Below are positions 7,801 to 15,438 of a stretch of DNA of 64,000 nt, one piece after another. The stretch is from assembly GCA_963752285.1 (NCBI GenBank), contig CAVVXN010000002.1:480001-544000 (forward strand). Direction: 5' to 3'. A program made the translations under genes and the position numbers. Position 1 is the first letter of the stretch. Every line of letters starts with the position of its first letter. Source of the stretch: an uncultured Planctomycetota bacterium. GTDB taxonomy: Bacteria > Planctomycetota > PLA2 > JAEUHO01. Below the pieces are notes generated by a model. It saw nothing but the letters and a program-made list of their open reading frames with translations. It did no database searches and was not told the origin of the DNA.

Positions 7801-9612
7801 CGGCTCCCCGACCCGGTGGACCCCGGGTCCACGGTCCGCTACGCGCCGTGGCTCCTCGACGCGCTCGTCTTCTACACGGTGGCCGAGAAGCCGCTCGACG
7901 GCGAGGCGCTGGTGCGGGACCTGCGGCACCTCGCGCGCCTGCGCGTCGCCGGCGAGCGTTCCGCCGCCGAGGCGGTCTCGGTCCCGCCCTCCGTGCCGCC
8001 CGAGGTCCGCGCGGGGGTGGACGCGCTGCTCCGGGGCCGGCCCGAGGACGCGGCCGCGAGGTTCCTGTCGGCGCTCCAGGCCGATCGGGCGGTCGCCATG
8101 CGCGCGTTCGCGACGGCCTGGGTGGACCGTCTCGGCTCCGTGTGGCTCGACGACGAGACGCGCAGCCTGACCAGCCTGGACCTCGCGCGGCTCGATCGGC
8201 GGGCGCGCCTCGACCTGGAGGACCTGCTCCGCCGGCCCGACGTCCAGGCGTCGCGGCTCCTCCGTACGCGGCTCGGCATCCTGCTGCTCGCCGCGAGCGC
8301 GGACGACGCCGAGCCGGAGAAGGCGACGCTCCCGTCGCTGCTCGCCGCGTCGGACCTCGCGGACGAGCTCCCGGCCTCCGAGGCGGCGTGGCTCGGCCAG
8401 CGGGGCCTCCACGCGTACGATCCCGCGGAGCCGGACGCCGCCGCGCTCGAGCAGGCGGCGCGTCTGCTCGTCTCGGCGGCCCGGCGTCTCGACGACGACG
8501 GCGCGTACCGCATCGTGACCGACCTCCTGGATGTGTGGCGAGGGCCGAAGGGCGGCCGGTGGTGCCGACGGCTGCTCGAGCGTCTCGCGCAGGCGAAGCC
8601 CGACAGCGTGAAGCCGAGCCTCCCGCTGGAGCTCGCCTTCCACCTCGCGTACCTGCAGTCCCCGGACGACCTGCACGAGGCGCGCGCGCTGCTCGAGACC
8701 GAGAGGAAGAAGCTCGACGCGCCCGTCTTCACCGACGACGACCGCGCGTACCGGCGCGCCGTGCTGGCGTTCGTGGACGCGAAGAGCCTCACGAACCTCG
8801 CCGCCGCCGGCGAGGACCGGCGCTGGCCCGAGGCCGAGGCGGCGTGGCGGTCGCTCCTCGACGTGAACCAGGGGAGCTTCGCGGAGGAGGCGCACGGCGA
8901 GCTCGCCGAGGCGCTCATCTCGCTCGACCGGGTCGACGACGCCCGGAAGGTGCTCGACGAGGGGCAGGCCCGGTGGCCGAAGAACACGCGCTTCGAGATC
9001 CTGCGGCTCCTGGCCGCTCTCCGCGTGGGAGACACGAACGCCGTCGCGGCCGTCTCGCTCCAGGCGGTCGCGCGGCTGGGCCCGGAGGTGGACGACGCCT
9101 GGTACGTCGCGGCCCTGGGCCAGGTGCTCACCGGTCGGGGACCGGGCGACGGCGCGGTCCGCACGTACTACGAGAAGAAGCACTGGGCGGAAACGTTCGT
9201 CTCTCTCCTCGCCCGGGCGATGCGGAGGGAGCCCCTCGCCGCGGAGGCCGACGCCCGGCTCCGCGCGCGATGGAACGATCTGGAGGCCGAACGCGCGGGA
9301 TGGCCCGAGCGTCTCGCGCAGGGCGACCCGAACGTCTGGTCGGATCTCCTGCTCGGCTTCGCGCTGGGGGAGGTGCCGCGCGAGGACGTCTTCCCAGCGC
9401 TGGCCGACGACGAGTCCTTCCGGGCGTCCCCGTACGTCCACCTCGGGGCCGTCCGGCGGGCGTTTTTGTGCGAGGCGCACTTCGCCGACGCGCTCGCGCT
9501 CCTGGCGAAGGGCGACGCCGCCGCGGCGAAGCAGGCCCTGGAACGGGTGGTCCAGAGCGGGCAGCGGACGTACCTCGACTACACGATCGCGAAGTACCTG
9601 CTCTCCCGGTGA
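4876..9612 (+). CDS. nSTAND1 P-loop ATPase + TM helix + tandem FHIPEP/FlhA-C-like domains + TPR-like helical C-terminus (1578 aa)
   Basis: PYVGLRPFE...FFGRE, Walker A AQSGLGKSS (5110-5136), Walker B LVLVLDQFEE, LLSLREEF, LPMLQLVC and YELQHD are nSTAND1 hallmarks; TM WILATAAIVAAGTWGFWTF; ATGA-coupled to the upstream gene. Confidence 0.85.
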   Translation: MTDDAMRASDGPVDRASASRGVEEGDDGRAPRIAPREAQPYVGLRPFEREESHLFFGRERDAQILEDKILSARLTVLYAQSGLGKSSLLRALVVPRLEENEALVVEFDAWAQSDPLAALKETLAGEAEGLGVPDAGLGAPTLLELARLIQTATDRSLVLVLDQFEELLVHHGRSIEPLRRELAALVSSRAVDVHVLLSLREEFLGALQPFRQAMLGLFQSTYRLEGLAPDGLRDAIVEPARLSGGACDPGLVEALAKDLRSEAQDETGGEPTGASVELPMLQLVCAELWQAATSVGSRHLTEDLYRARGGAERILADYVRSVMPRRASQRRVVARLLRLLAPPSGLKMAYTEEDLASTTGIGLSRVREVLDRLAAARILRTREDRAGVRYELQHDAFIGVVGPWRDDVLRRAHRRRVATWILATAAIVAAGTWGFWTFRLGQEQKENRLLLDRQRATAEREQARAEQAAVDRWLAGDALDELARGDDAASEGKRGSRLDMLAGYLLWPREGSARIDDLAAVLQRHEDLIPERYGVATAGIDELDLPPREWPLSLAVAPDRKVDAPLFGLEWRRLARLVNQQRGVPTPLRIRVVHDADLSGEDVRLEAAGADPVTFAVARQEGRALLDVPEGGLGEPARGFYERFGAGWPTLSTSSTSRIVPRWTLPVWHVTGYAVESGSAITAYRVLKEALDRADPLLSPAAVEHLLRRAAAVAPRTVAEVRAARGDRLPRDLATWVRRGHALDRPAELFDVLADRVAGSSEEIADAWAEDGVLDTASGAPDLHGPWRGPPPADLGEEPPAYRDTSAWLPVVGQPVRVEAGPDLEPSWFDDDRLRPDLVEAIEAARDESHRRYGIELPGIRFRSEDAPGHVGAGSFRVEVFDEDATSPEAPAVTPEAGAALARLGRALDVRAACWRVHWLTAEVVHDLEAETHPAVAKWLDARYALTDLKVLLRGVLSPDPREVAALRAAEAGDGRLPDPVDPGSTVRYAPWLLDALVFYTVAEKPLDGEALVRDLRHLARLRVAGERSAAEAVSVPPSVPPEVRAGVDALLRGRPEDAAARFLSALQADRAVAMRAFATAWVDRLGSVWLDDETRSLTSLDLARLDRRARLDLEDLLRRPDVQASRLLRTRLGILLLAASADDAEPEKATLPSLLAASDLADELPASEAAWLGQRGLHAYDPAEPDAAALEQAARLLVSAARRLDDDGAYRIVTDLLDVWRGPKGGRWCRRLLERLAQAKPDSVKPSLPLELAFHLAYLQSPDDLHEARALLETERKKLDAPVFTDDDRAYRRAVLAFVDAKSLTNLAAAGEDRRWPEAEAAWRSLLDVNQGSFAEEAHGELAEALISLDRVDDARKVLDEGQARWPKNTRFEILRLLAALRVGDTNAVAAVSLQAVARLGPEVDDAWYVAALGQVLTGRGPGDGAVRTYYEKKHWAETFVSLLARAMRREPLAAEADARLRARWNDLEAERAGWPERLAQGDPNVWSDLLLGFALGEVPREDVFPALADDESFRASPYVHLGAVRRAFLCEAHFADALALLAKGDAAAAKQALERVVQSGQRTYLDYTIAKYLLSR

Positions 9613-9631
9613 GGCGGCGGCGCGGGGCGGG

Positions 9632-11980
9632 TCACGCGTCCGCAACGGCCGCGAAGACGAAGACCTCGACCGGCGTGCCCTCCTTCGCGCCGACCACGAT
9701 CAGGTCCACGTCCATCGCGGACTCGACCGAGAACGAGAACGCGGGGAAGTGGTCTCCGCTGCTGTCCTCGCCGACGACGCTCCCGTCGCCGGCGTTCACG
9801 GCCTTCATGTCGATTGGCTCGAACCCAGGCGCCACCGCGACCGCGAGATAGGGCCCGTCGTGGGGGAGGGACGCCCGCTCGCGGGCGACGCCCTTCTCGT
9901 CGAGCTGGAAGCTCCCCGAAGCGACGGCCTTCGCCGACCACGACCCGCCCTTCGCGCGGGCGATGTTCTGGAGCCAGTGGTCGAGGAGCCGCCCTCGGAT
10001 CCGGGCGGGCGTCATCGCGCTCAGCGCGGCGCGGTAGAGCTGCCCTCGGATGCGCGTCGCGCCGCCTTCGACCTCGAGCTTGACCTGGAGGTCGCCGGCC
10101 GTGTCGGTCTCGAGGCTCGCCACGCCGAGCCACGGCGCGAGCCGCGTCGGCGCCACGGGCACGGGGTTCCCCGAGGCGGGCGCGAATTGGATGTCCATCC
10201 CGATCTCGCGCCGGCGGTCCGCGTCCACGATGGCGAGGTACCGGCCCGGGCTGTCGAGCCGGAGCACGAGTGGGGCGTCCGGCGCCTGCTTGCCCGGAGG
10301 CACGGGCGCCTCGAGCTCGCTCTGCTTCGCCCACGCGACCGTCTGCGTCATGTTCGAGCCGCTCTCGATCTCGTGGACCGCCTTCGCGAGGACCTGTTCC
10401 ACGTCGAGGTCGCGTTGGAGGAGGTGGCCCGAGGCGTAGAGCGTCTGGATGCGCGACTCCCACGCGGTCTCGCGCCCCGCCTGCTTCGCGTCGGCCGTGT
10501 CCTTCAGCAGCTCGTTCACGAGATCCGCACGCTGGCCGTAGTTCACGCCGACCCCGGTCGAGATGCGGGGGCCGCCGCCGATCTGCAACACGTTGCCTGC
10601 GCTGAGGACCGCGATCACCCGGCCCTGCGCGTCGATCATCGGGCTCCCGCTCGCGCCGCCGGCGGCCGGGCAGCTGTGCTGGATCAGGAGGTTGTCCGCG
10701 CGCGCCTCCGCCGACTCGCCGTGCGCGCCGAAGTAGTCGGTCATGGCCGTGACCGAGCCGATCTGCGTCTGCGCGGTCGGCTGGTGGAGCGGCGTCCCCC
10801 CGAACGCCACGCCCTCCATCGGGTATCCGATGTAGCCCACGGCGTCGCCCGCGTCGAGCCGGCAAAGCGCCACGTCGGACTCGATCGGGAGGGGCGGCGC
10901 GAGGCCCTCGAAGGGGGCCTTCAGGTGGAGCAGCCCGACGTCGCACGCGCCGCCGGGGAACCGGATCGTGTTCGCGTTCTTGGCGTCCGTTCCCTCCACG
11001 GGCACGTAGCCCTCCCACACGTGCTCGAACGCCGCGTAGCCGGGGTGGACGATCACGGAGTCCACCACGTACGTCCGCGGCGTCTCCGCGTTCGAGCGCA
11101 CGAGCATGCGCACGCCGGGTGCGAGCTGGCCGAAGACCTCGGCGACGTGGGCGTTCGTCGCCAGGGTCCCGTCCGAGACCACCCAGGCGGTCCCCAGGCC
11201 GTTCTCGAATCCCTCGGCGTTCTCCAGCAGGACGAGGTAGACGGACGGCCGCGCCTTTCGCAGCGCCTCCTCGATGCGGTCCTTGTTCGCGGCGAGCTCC
11301 TCCTCGACCGCGTGGAACTTCTGCGTCATCGACCCGACCGTCTCGGTCAGGTTCCCGAGGTCGCCGCCGACCGCGCTCAGGTCGTTTTGGACGTGCGTGA
11401 TCTCGTCGTGCATGGAGCCGAGCGAGCTCCGGACGTCGGCGATCGCGTGGCCTTCCTCGGCGAGACGACGCGTGACCGCGTCCTCGGCCGTGTCGATCCG
11501 CTCCGACTGCCGGAGGAGCGCGCGGAGGCCCACGGCCGCCGCCCCGAGGACGACCACGAGCACCCCGAAGAGGAGCCAGCGGGTGCGGCCGGTCGCGGCG
11601 ACGGCCTGGTGGAGGACCGTGGCCTGTCCCGCGCGGTGGCCCTGCCGGATCGTGGGCGACAGGTCCTCGCGCTCCACGCGTCGGACCACCACGCGCGGCC
11701 CGTCCGGCCCGAGCCGGAGCTCGCACTGCTCCGGTAGCTCCTGGTCGTCGTACGCCGGCTTCCCGTCCACGAGGACCAGGTTGTCGCCGTTGAGCACGAC
11801 GCGGTAGCGGCCGAGCACGCGCCGCAACGCCACGTGCTCGCGACCCACCACCGTCTGGTCGCCGGGAAACACGACCTGACAGCGATCCGGGTCGCGGCCG
11901 AAGACGATCTCCTCCTGGTCGTCGCCGAACGACCGGCTCGCCTCCGCGCTGTCGTCCCGAACGCGCACCACGAGCCCCAT
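9632..11980 (-). CDS. FHA domain + TM + coiled coil + trypsin-like serine protease
   Basis: FHA-like IVFGRDPDRCQVVFP...VGREHVAL; TM WLLFGVLVVVLGAAAVGL; catalytic triad LATNAHV / CDVGLL / GGASGSPM; GGGAGGG RBS. Confidence 0.85.
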   Translation of the reverse strand: MGLVVRVRDDSAEASRSFGDDQEEIVFGRDPDRCQVVFPGDQTVVGREHVALRRVLGRYRVVLNGDNLVLVDGKPAYDDQELPEQCELRLGPDGPRVVVRRVEREDLSPTIRQGHRAGQATVLHQAVAATGRTRWLLFGVLVVVLGAAAVGLRALLRQSERIDTAEDAVTRRLAEEGHAIADVRSSLGSMHDEITHVQNDLSAVGGDLGNLTETVGSMTQKFHAVEEELAANKDRIEEALRKARPSVYLVLLENAEGFENGLGTAWVVSDGTLATNAHVAEVFGQLAPGVRMLVRSNAETPRTYVVDSVIVHPGYAAFEHVWEGYVPVEGTDAKNANTIRFPGGACDVGLLHLKAPFEGLAPPLPIESDVALCRLDAGDAVGYIGYPMEGVAFGGTPLHQPTAQTQIGSVTAMTDYFGAHGESAEARADNLLIQHSCPAAGGASGSPMIDAQGRVIAVLSAGNVLQIGGGPRISTGVGVNYGQRADLVNELLKDTADAKQAGRETAWESRIQTLYASGHLLQRDLDVEQVLAKAVHEIESGSNMTQTVAWAKQSELEAPVPPGKQAPDAPLVLRLDSPGRYLAIVDADRRREIGMDIQFAPASGNPVPVAPTRLAPWLGVASLETDTAGDLQVKLEVEGGATRIRGQLYRAALSAMTPARIRGRLLDHWLQNIARAKGGSWSAKAVASGSFQLDEKGVARERASLPHDGPYLAVAVAPGFEPIDMKAVNAGDGSVVGEDSSGDHFPAFSFSVESAMDVDLIVVGAKEGTPVEVFVFAAVADA

Positions 11981-12066
11981 GTCGCACCCTCCCGGCCTCG
12001 GCCGGCCACGCTACCAGGGTCGGACCGGGCCGGGCGCCGGCCGGCGCCTGCGCGCGTCCGCCCGGG

Positions 12067-13305
12067 TCACCCCGCGTCCAGCCACGCGTCGATGCGCTCG
12101 GTCCGCCCCGCGGCGGCGAGGATCCGGTCGGCCTGCGCCCGGGTGCCCGAGATGTCGTCCTTCCGCGCGGCGTACGTCCGAAACGCGCGCTGGTAGTGCC
12201 GGGCCGCCGCCGCCGGCTCGCCCGCGAGGAGCAGCGCCTCGGCGCGCATCACCTGCGTGTAGTAGGGGAGGCGCGACGTGTCCACGCCGCCGCGCTCCAG
12301 GGTCGCCTCCCGCGCATCGAGCAGCGCGCGGACCTCGCCGGCCAGCGCCTCCGCGGCGTCCGTCCGGCCGAGCAGGAGCGCCGTCGTCGCGGCGTTGATC
12401 CCGAGGTACGCGTTCTCCCGGCCCGAGCCGCGCCAGGCGTCCCGGTAGATCCGGTGCGCGCGCTCGAGCGCCGGCGTCCCATCCTCGGCCAGGCCCACGC
12501 GCTTCAACGCCCCGGCGAGGATCCCCGCCGTCTCGTCGTCCGTCGGCTGGCGCCGGCGGAGGGGCTCGAGCCGTCGGATCGCCTCGGCGGGGTCTCCGCG
12601 ACGGCTCGCGAGGAACGCGGCGAGCTGGACGAGGCGCACGTCGGAGGGCGCGTCGGCGAGGCCGCGCGCGAGGAGGGCGTCCGCGTCCTCGAGAGCGCCG
12701 CGGCGGATCTCGAGCTCCGCGCCGAGCGCGAGGAGCGCGGCGCCGCCGGGGTGCGCCGCGCGGCCGGGCGCCGAGAGCGCCGCCCGTGCCGGGGCCGGGA
12801 GCGGACGGCCCTCGCGCGCGAGGTCGCGCAGGGCGTCGAGGAGCGACCCCGTGCCGCCGGGCGTCCGCGGGGGCCACGGTCCGCCGTCCATGGTGAGCGA
12901 GGCGAGCGCGGGCCCCCCGGCGCGCCGCCGGAAGAACCAGTCGAGCCACGCGCCGAGGAGGTGCCCGACGATTTCCGCGTCCTCGGGCTCCGGCGCGTAC
13001 CCCACGTGCCGGACGGCGTTCCCGAGGCGCCGCACGGTGTGGCCCACGGTCACGTCGAGCTCGTCGAGGAGGCCCATGTCCTCGAGGTTCACCAACGTGC
13101 CGTAGCAGCTGGTCCCCGGCTCGATCCCGAGGGCGGCGACGGCGGCGCTCGCGAGCGCCTCGACGACGCGGGCCGCGTAGAGCACCGCCGCCTCGGGTGC
13201 GTCCACGCCGCGCACGGCCTCCAGCCGCTCGAGGTCCCGCGCGAGCCGAAACGGTCCCGACGCGAACGCGAGGACCTCGGGGCGGAGCCGTCCGACCTCG
13301 CTCAC
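12067..13305 (-). CDS. DUF4145/HEPN-like N-terminal domain + TPR-S (DUF4071/MAP3K TRAF-binding-like) protein
   Basis: AAVLYAARVVEAL...VRRLGNAVRH (DUF4145-type RxxGNxxxH); C-term DETAGILAGALKR...AHRIYRDAW...NAYLGINAATTALLLG is typical of TPR-S. GTG start overlaps the kinase stop (GTGA). Confidence 0.75.
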   Translation of the reverse strand: MSEVGRLRPEVLAFASGPFRLARDLERLEAVRGVDAPEAAVLYAARVVEALASAAVAALGIEPGTSCYGTLVNLEDMGLLDELDVTVGHTVRRLGNAVRHVGYAPEPEDAEIVGHLLGAWLDWFFRRRAGGPALASLTMDGGPWPPRTPGGTGSLLDALRDLAREGRPLPAPARAALSAPGRAAHPGGAALLALGAELEIRRGALEDADALLARGLADAPSDVRLVQLAAFLASRRGDPAEAIRRLEPLRRRQPTDDETAGILAGALKRVGLAEDGTPALERAHRIYRDAWRGSGRENAYLGINAATTALLLGRTDAAEALAGEVRALLDAREATLERGGVDTSRLPYYTQVMRAEALLLAGEPAAAARHYQRAFRTYAARKDDISGTRAQADRILAAAGRTERIDAWLDAG

Positions 13306-15335
13306 GACGCGTCCGCCCCCAGGTCGGCGAGGATCGCGTCGAGGCGCCTCGCGACCTCGTGCGCCGACGGCCGGCGGCGCGGCGACTTCGCGAGCATCTC
13401 GTCGAGCAGACGGACGAGGCCGTCGGGCAGCCCGCGCCGGAGCTCCCGAACGGGCATGGGCGTCGTCTCCCGGATCGCGCGGGCCGCGGCCTCGACGTCG
13501 TGCGACGGCAGGTGGAGGGGGAGGAGGCCGGTCAGCCACTCGTAGAGGACCACGCCGAGCGCGTACACGTCCGCGCGCGCGCCGACGCCCTTGCCCGCCG
13601 CCTGCTCCGGCGCCATCGTGGCCAGCGTTCCGACGACCGCCTGGCGGTCGAACGCGTTCGGGTCACGGGGCAGGTACGCGACGCCCATGTCGATCAAGAC
13701 GGGACGGCCCGCCGGCGTGACGATCACGTTGGCCGGCTTCACGTCGCGATGCACGACCCCGGCGTCGTGGAGGGCCTGGAGCGCGTCCGCGACGTCGCGC
13801 ACCGTCTCGATCACGAGCCCGAGGGGCGCGCTCGCGTCGGTGGGCATCGCCGACCGGAGCGAGCGTCCCGGAACGTAGTCCTCGACGATGTACGTCCGGC
13901 CGCCCCGGTCCGTGCCGATGGCGCGCACGCGCGCGACGCCCGGATGCCGCACCCGCGAGGCCGCCTCGAGCTCCACGCGGATCGAGCGGAGTCGCGCGCG
14001 CCGCTCCTCCGGGTCGTAGAGGTCCTCGAGGCGGAGGACCTTCAGGGCCACCTCCTCGCCGCGCCGGACGTCGAGGGCGAGGTGCACCTCGCCGAAGCTC
14101 CCCTCGCCGAGCTTCGAGAGCAGCGTGTACGCCTGGTCCGGCCCGGGAACGGGGCGAGCCAGGTCGAGGCGCCCCTCCTCGACCTCGGCGCCCGGAGGGA
14201 GGTCGAGACCCTCCATCGCCTCGCGAATCGGGGCCAGGTGCCGGTGGAGCCCCGCCTCGCGCGCCAACGCGAGCGCGCGGGCGAGGCTCGCGTGCGCGTC
14301 CCCTCTCCGCCCGCGCCGCACGAGCTCGGTGGCGAGGTCCAGGAGGACGGGCACCTCGGCGTCGGGGGTCGAGAGCCGCTCGAGCGCGCGCGCGGACCGG
14401 ATCAGGGCGTCGGCGGCCGAGGCGTCGCCCTTCGCGGCGAGAACGAGCCCCTCCGCGTGCGTCAGGAGCGCGCGTGCGAAAGGGTCGTCGCGGCCTTCGA
14501 GGAGGCGTCGCCCCTCGGCCACGGCCGCCTCGGCCCGGGCGCGACGGTCGGGATCGTCGCGCGCGCCCTCCCCGGAGAGGAGCGCGAGCGCCGTGTCCTT
14601 CGCGGCGAACGCGAGGACGTCGTCGAACCCGCCCGCCGTGGCCACCACCCGGCACGCCTCGAGCGACTCGATCGCCTGGTCGGCGGCGCCGAGGGCCATG
14701 TGCGCGCGCGCGATGTCGTTTTGCATCCGGGCCTCGCCACGCCGGTCGCCGAGCGCGCGCGACATCTCGAGGTCGAGCCGGAAGCAGTGGAGCGCTTCGC
14801 GGGCCCGACCCGCGCTGAGGAGCAGCCGGCCCAGGTTCCCGAGCGTGATGGCCACGCCGGCGCGGTCGTCCGAGATCGACTTCTGCGCGATCGCCAGCGC
14901 GTAGTAGCCCGACGCCGGCTCGAGCTGGCCGTCGAATGCGTACGCCATGCCGAGCGAGTCGTAGACCTCCGCCTCGCGCCGCGACTCGCCGTGGGCCTCG
15001 TACACCTCGAGCGCGCGGAGGAGGCTCTGTACGGCCGGGCCGGTCCGCGCCGCGCGCGCGAGGACGACGCCCCTCACGTGCTCGGCGCGCGCCTCGATCT
15101 CGCTTCCGCGCGGCACGCGGCCGAGGACCGCCTCGAGCGCGTCGAGGACGGCCCCGTGCGGCCGGCCGGCGCGCGCGTCGAGGAGGAGGAGCTCGATCTC
15201 GACCGCGTCGGGACGCGCGCCCCGGACCGCCTCGAAGGCCTCCCGCGCCGCGCGGTCCTCGCCCCGTTCGGCGAGCGCCACCGCGCGCGCGAAGCCCGCG
15301 TGCGCGGACGGGGCTGCGGGCGCGGTGTCCTCCAC
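13302..15335 (-). CDS. Soluble Ser/Thr protein kinase with N-terminal TPR array
   Basis: TPRs (YDSLGMAY, TLGNLGRLL, MQNDIARAH); kinase motifs LGEGSFGEV, VALK, HRDVKPAN, IDMG, GTLATMAPE, DVYALG; GAGGGAGG RBS; no TM. Confidence 0.9.
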   Translation of the reverse strand: MEDTAPAAPSAHAGFARAVALAERGEDRAAREAFEAVRGARPDAVEIELLLLDARAGRPHGAVLDALEAVLGRVPRGSEIEARAEHVRGVVLARAARTGPAVQSLLRALEVYEAHGESRREAEVYDSLGMAYAFDGQLEPASGYYALAIAQKSISDDRAGVAITLGNLGRLLLSAGRAREALHCFRLDLEMSRALGDRRGEARMQNDIARAHMALGAADQAIESLEACRVVATAGGFDDVLAFAAKDTALALLSGEGARDDPDRRARAEAAVAEGRRLLEGRDDPFARALLTHAEGLVLAAKGDASAADALIRSARALERLSTPDAEVPVLLDLATELVRRGRRGDAHASLARALALAREAGLHRHLAPIREAMEGLDLPPGAEVEEGRLDLARPVPGPDQAYTLLSKLGEGSFGEVHLALDVRRGEEVALKVLRLEDLYDPEERRARLRSIRVELEAASRVRHPGVARVRAIGTDRGGRTYIVEDYVPGRSLRSAMPTDASAPLGLVIETVRDVADALQALHDAGVVHRDVKPANVIVTPAGRPVLIDMGVAYLPRDPNAFDRQAVVGTLATMAPEQAAGKGVGARADVYALGVVLYEWLTGLLPLHLPSHDVEAAARAIRETTPMPVRELRRGLPDGLVRLLDEMLAKSPRRRPSAHEVARRLDAILADLGADAS

Positions 15336-15360
15336 GGCGGTCCTCCCTCGGGGACCGCGG

Positions 15361-15366
15361 ATTGTA
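15361..15366 (-). promoter_or_regulatory. Putative -10 element (TACAAT) for the kinase operon
   Basis: Near-consensus AT-rich hexamer 25 nt upstream of GTG 15335 in GC-rich DNA; no clear -35. Confidence 0.4.
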
Positions 15367-15438
15367 TCGGCCGTGCTCCCGCGCCGGCCTGCGGGAGCCT
15401 CGTCCGTGCCCGCTCGGCGGTCGCGCCCTGTCGCGCCC

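Noticed and set aside
4876..9612. Flagellar/T3SS export gate gene (flhA/sctV)
   Set aside because: Lacks the N-terminal multi-TM domain and any neighbouring secretion genes; only C-domain-like repeats within a STAND protein.
4672..9851. Very long alternative-frame ORFs (1657 aa minus, 1549 aa plus) over the STAND gene
   Set aside because: Stop-codon scarcity in high-GC DNA with strong GC3 bias; low-complexity R/A/G/P translations.
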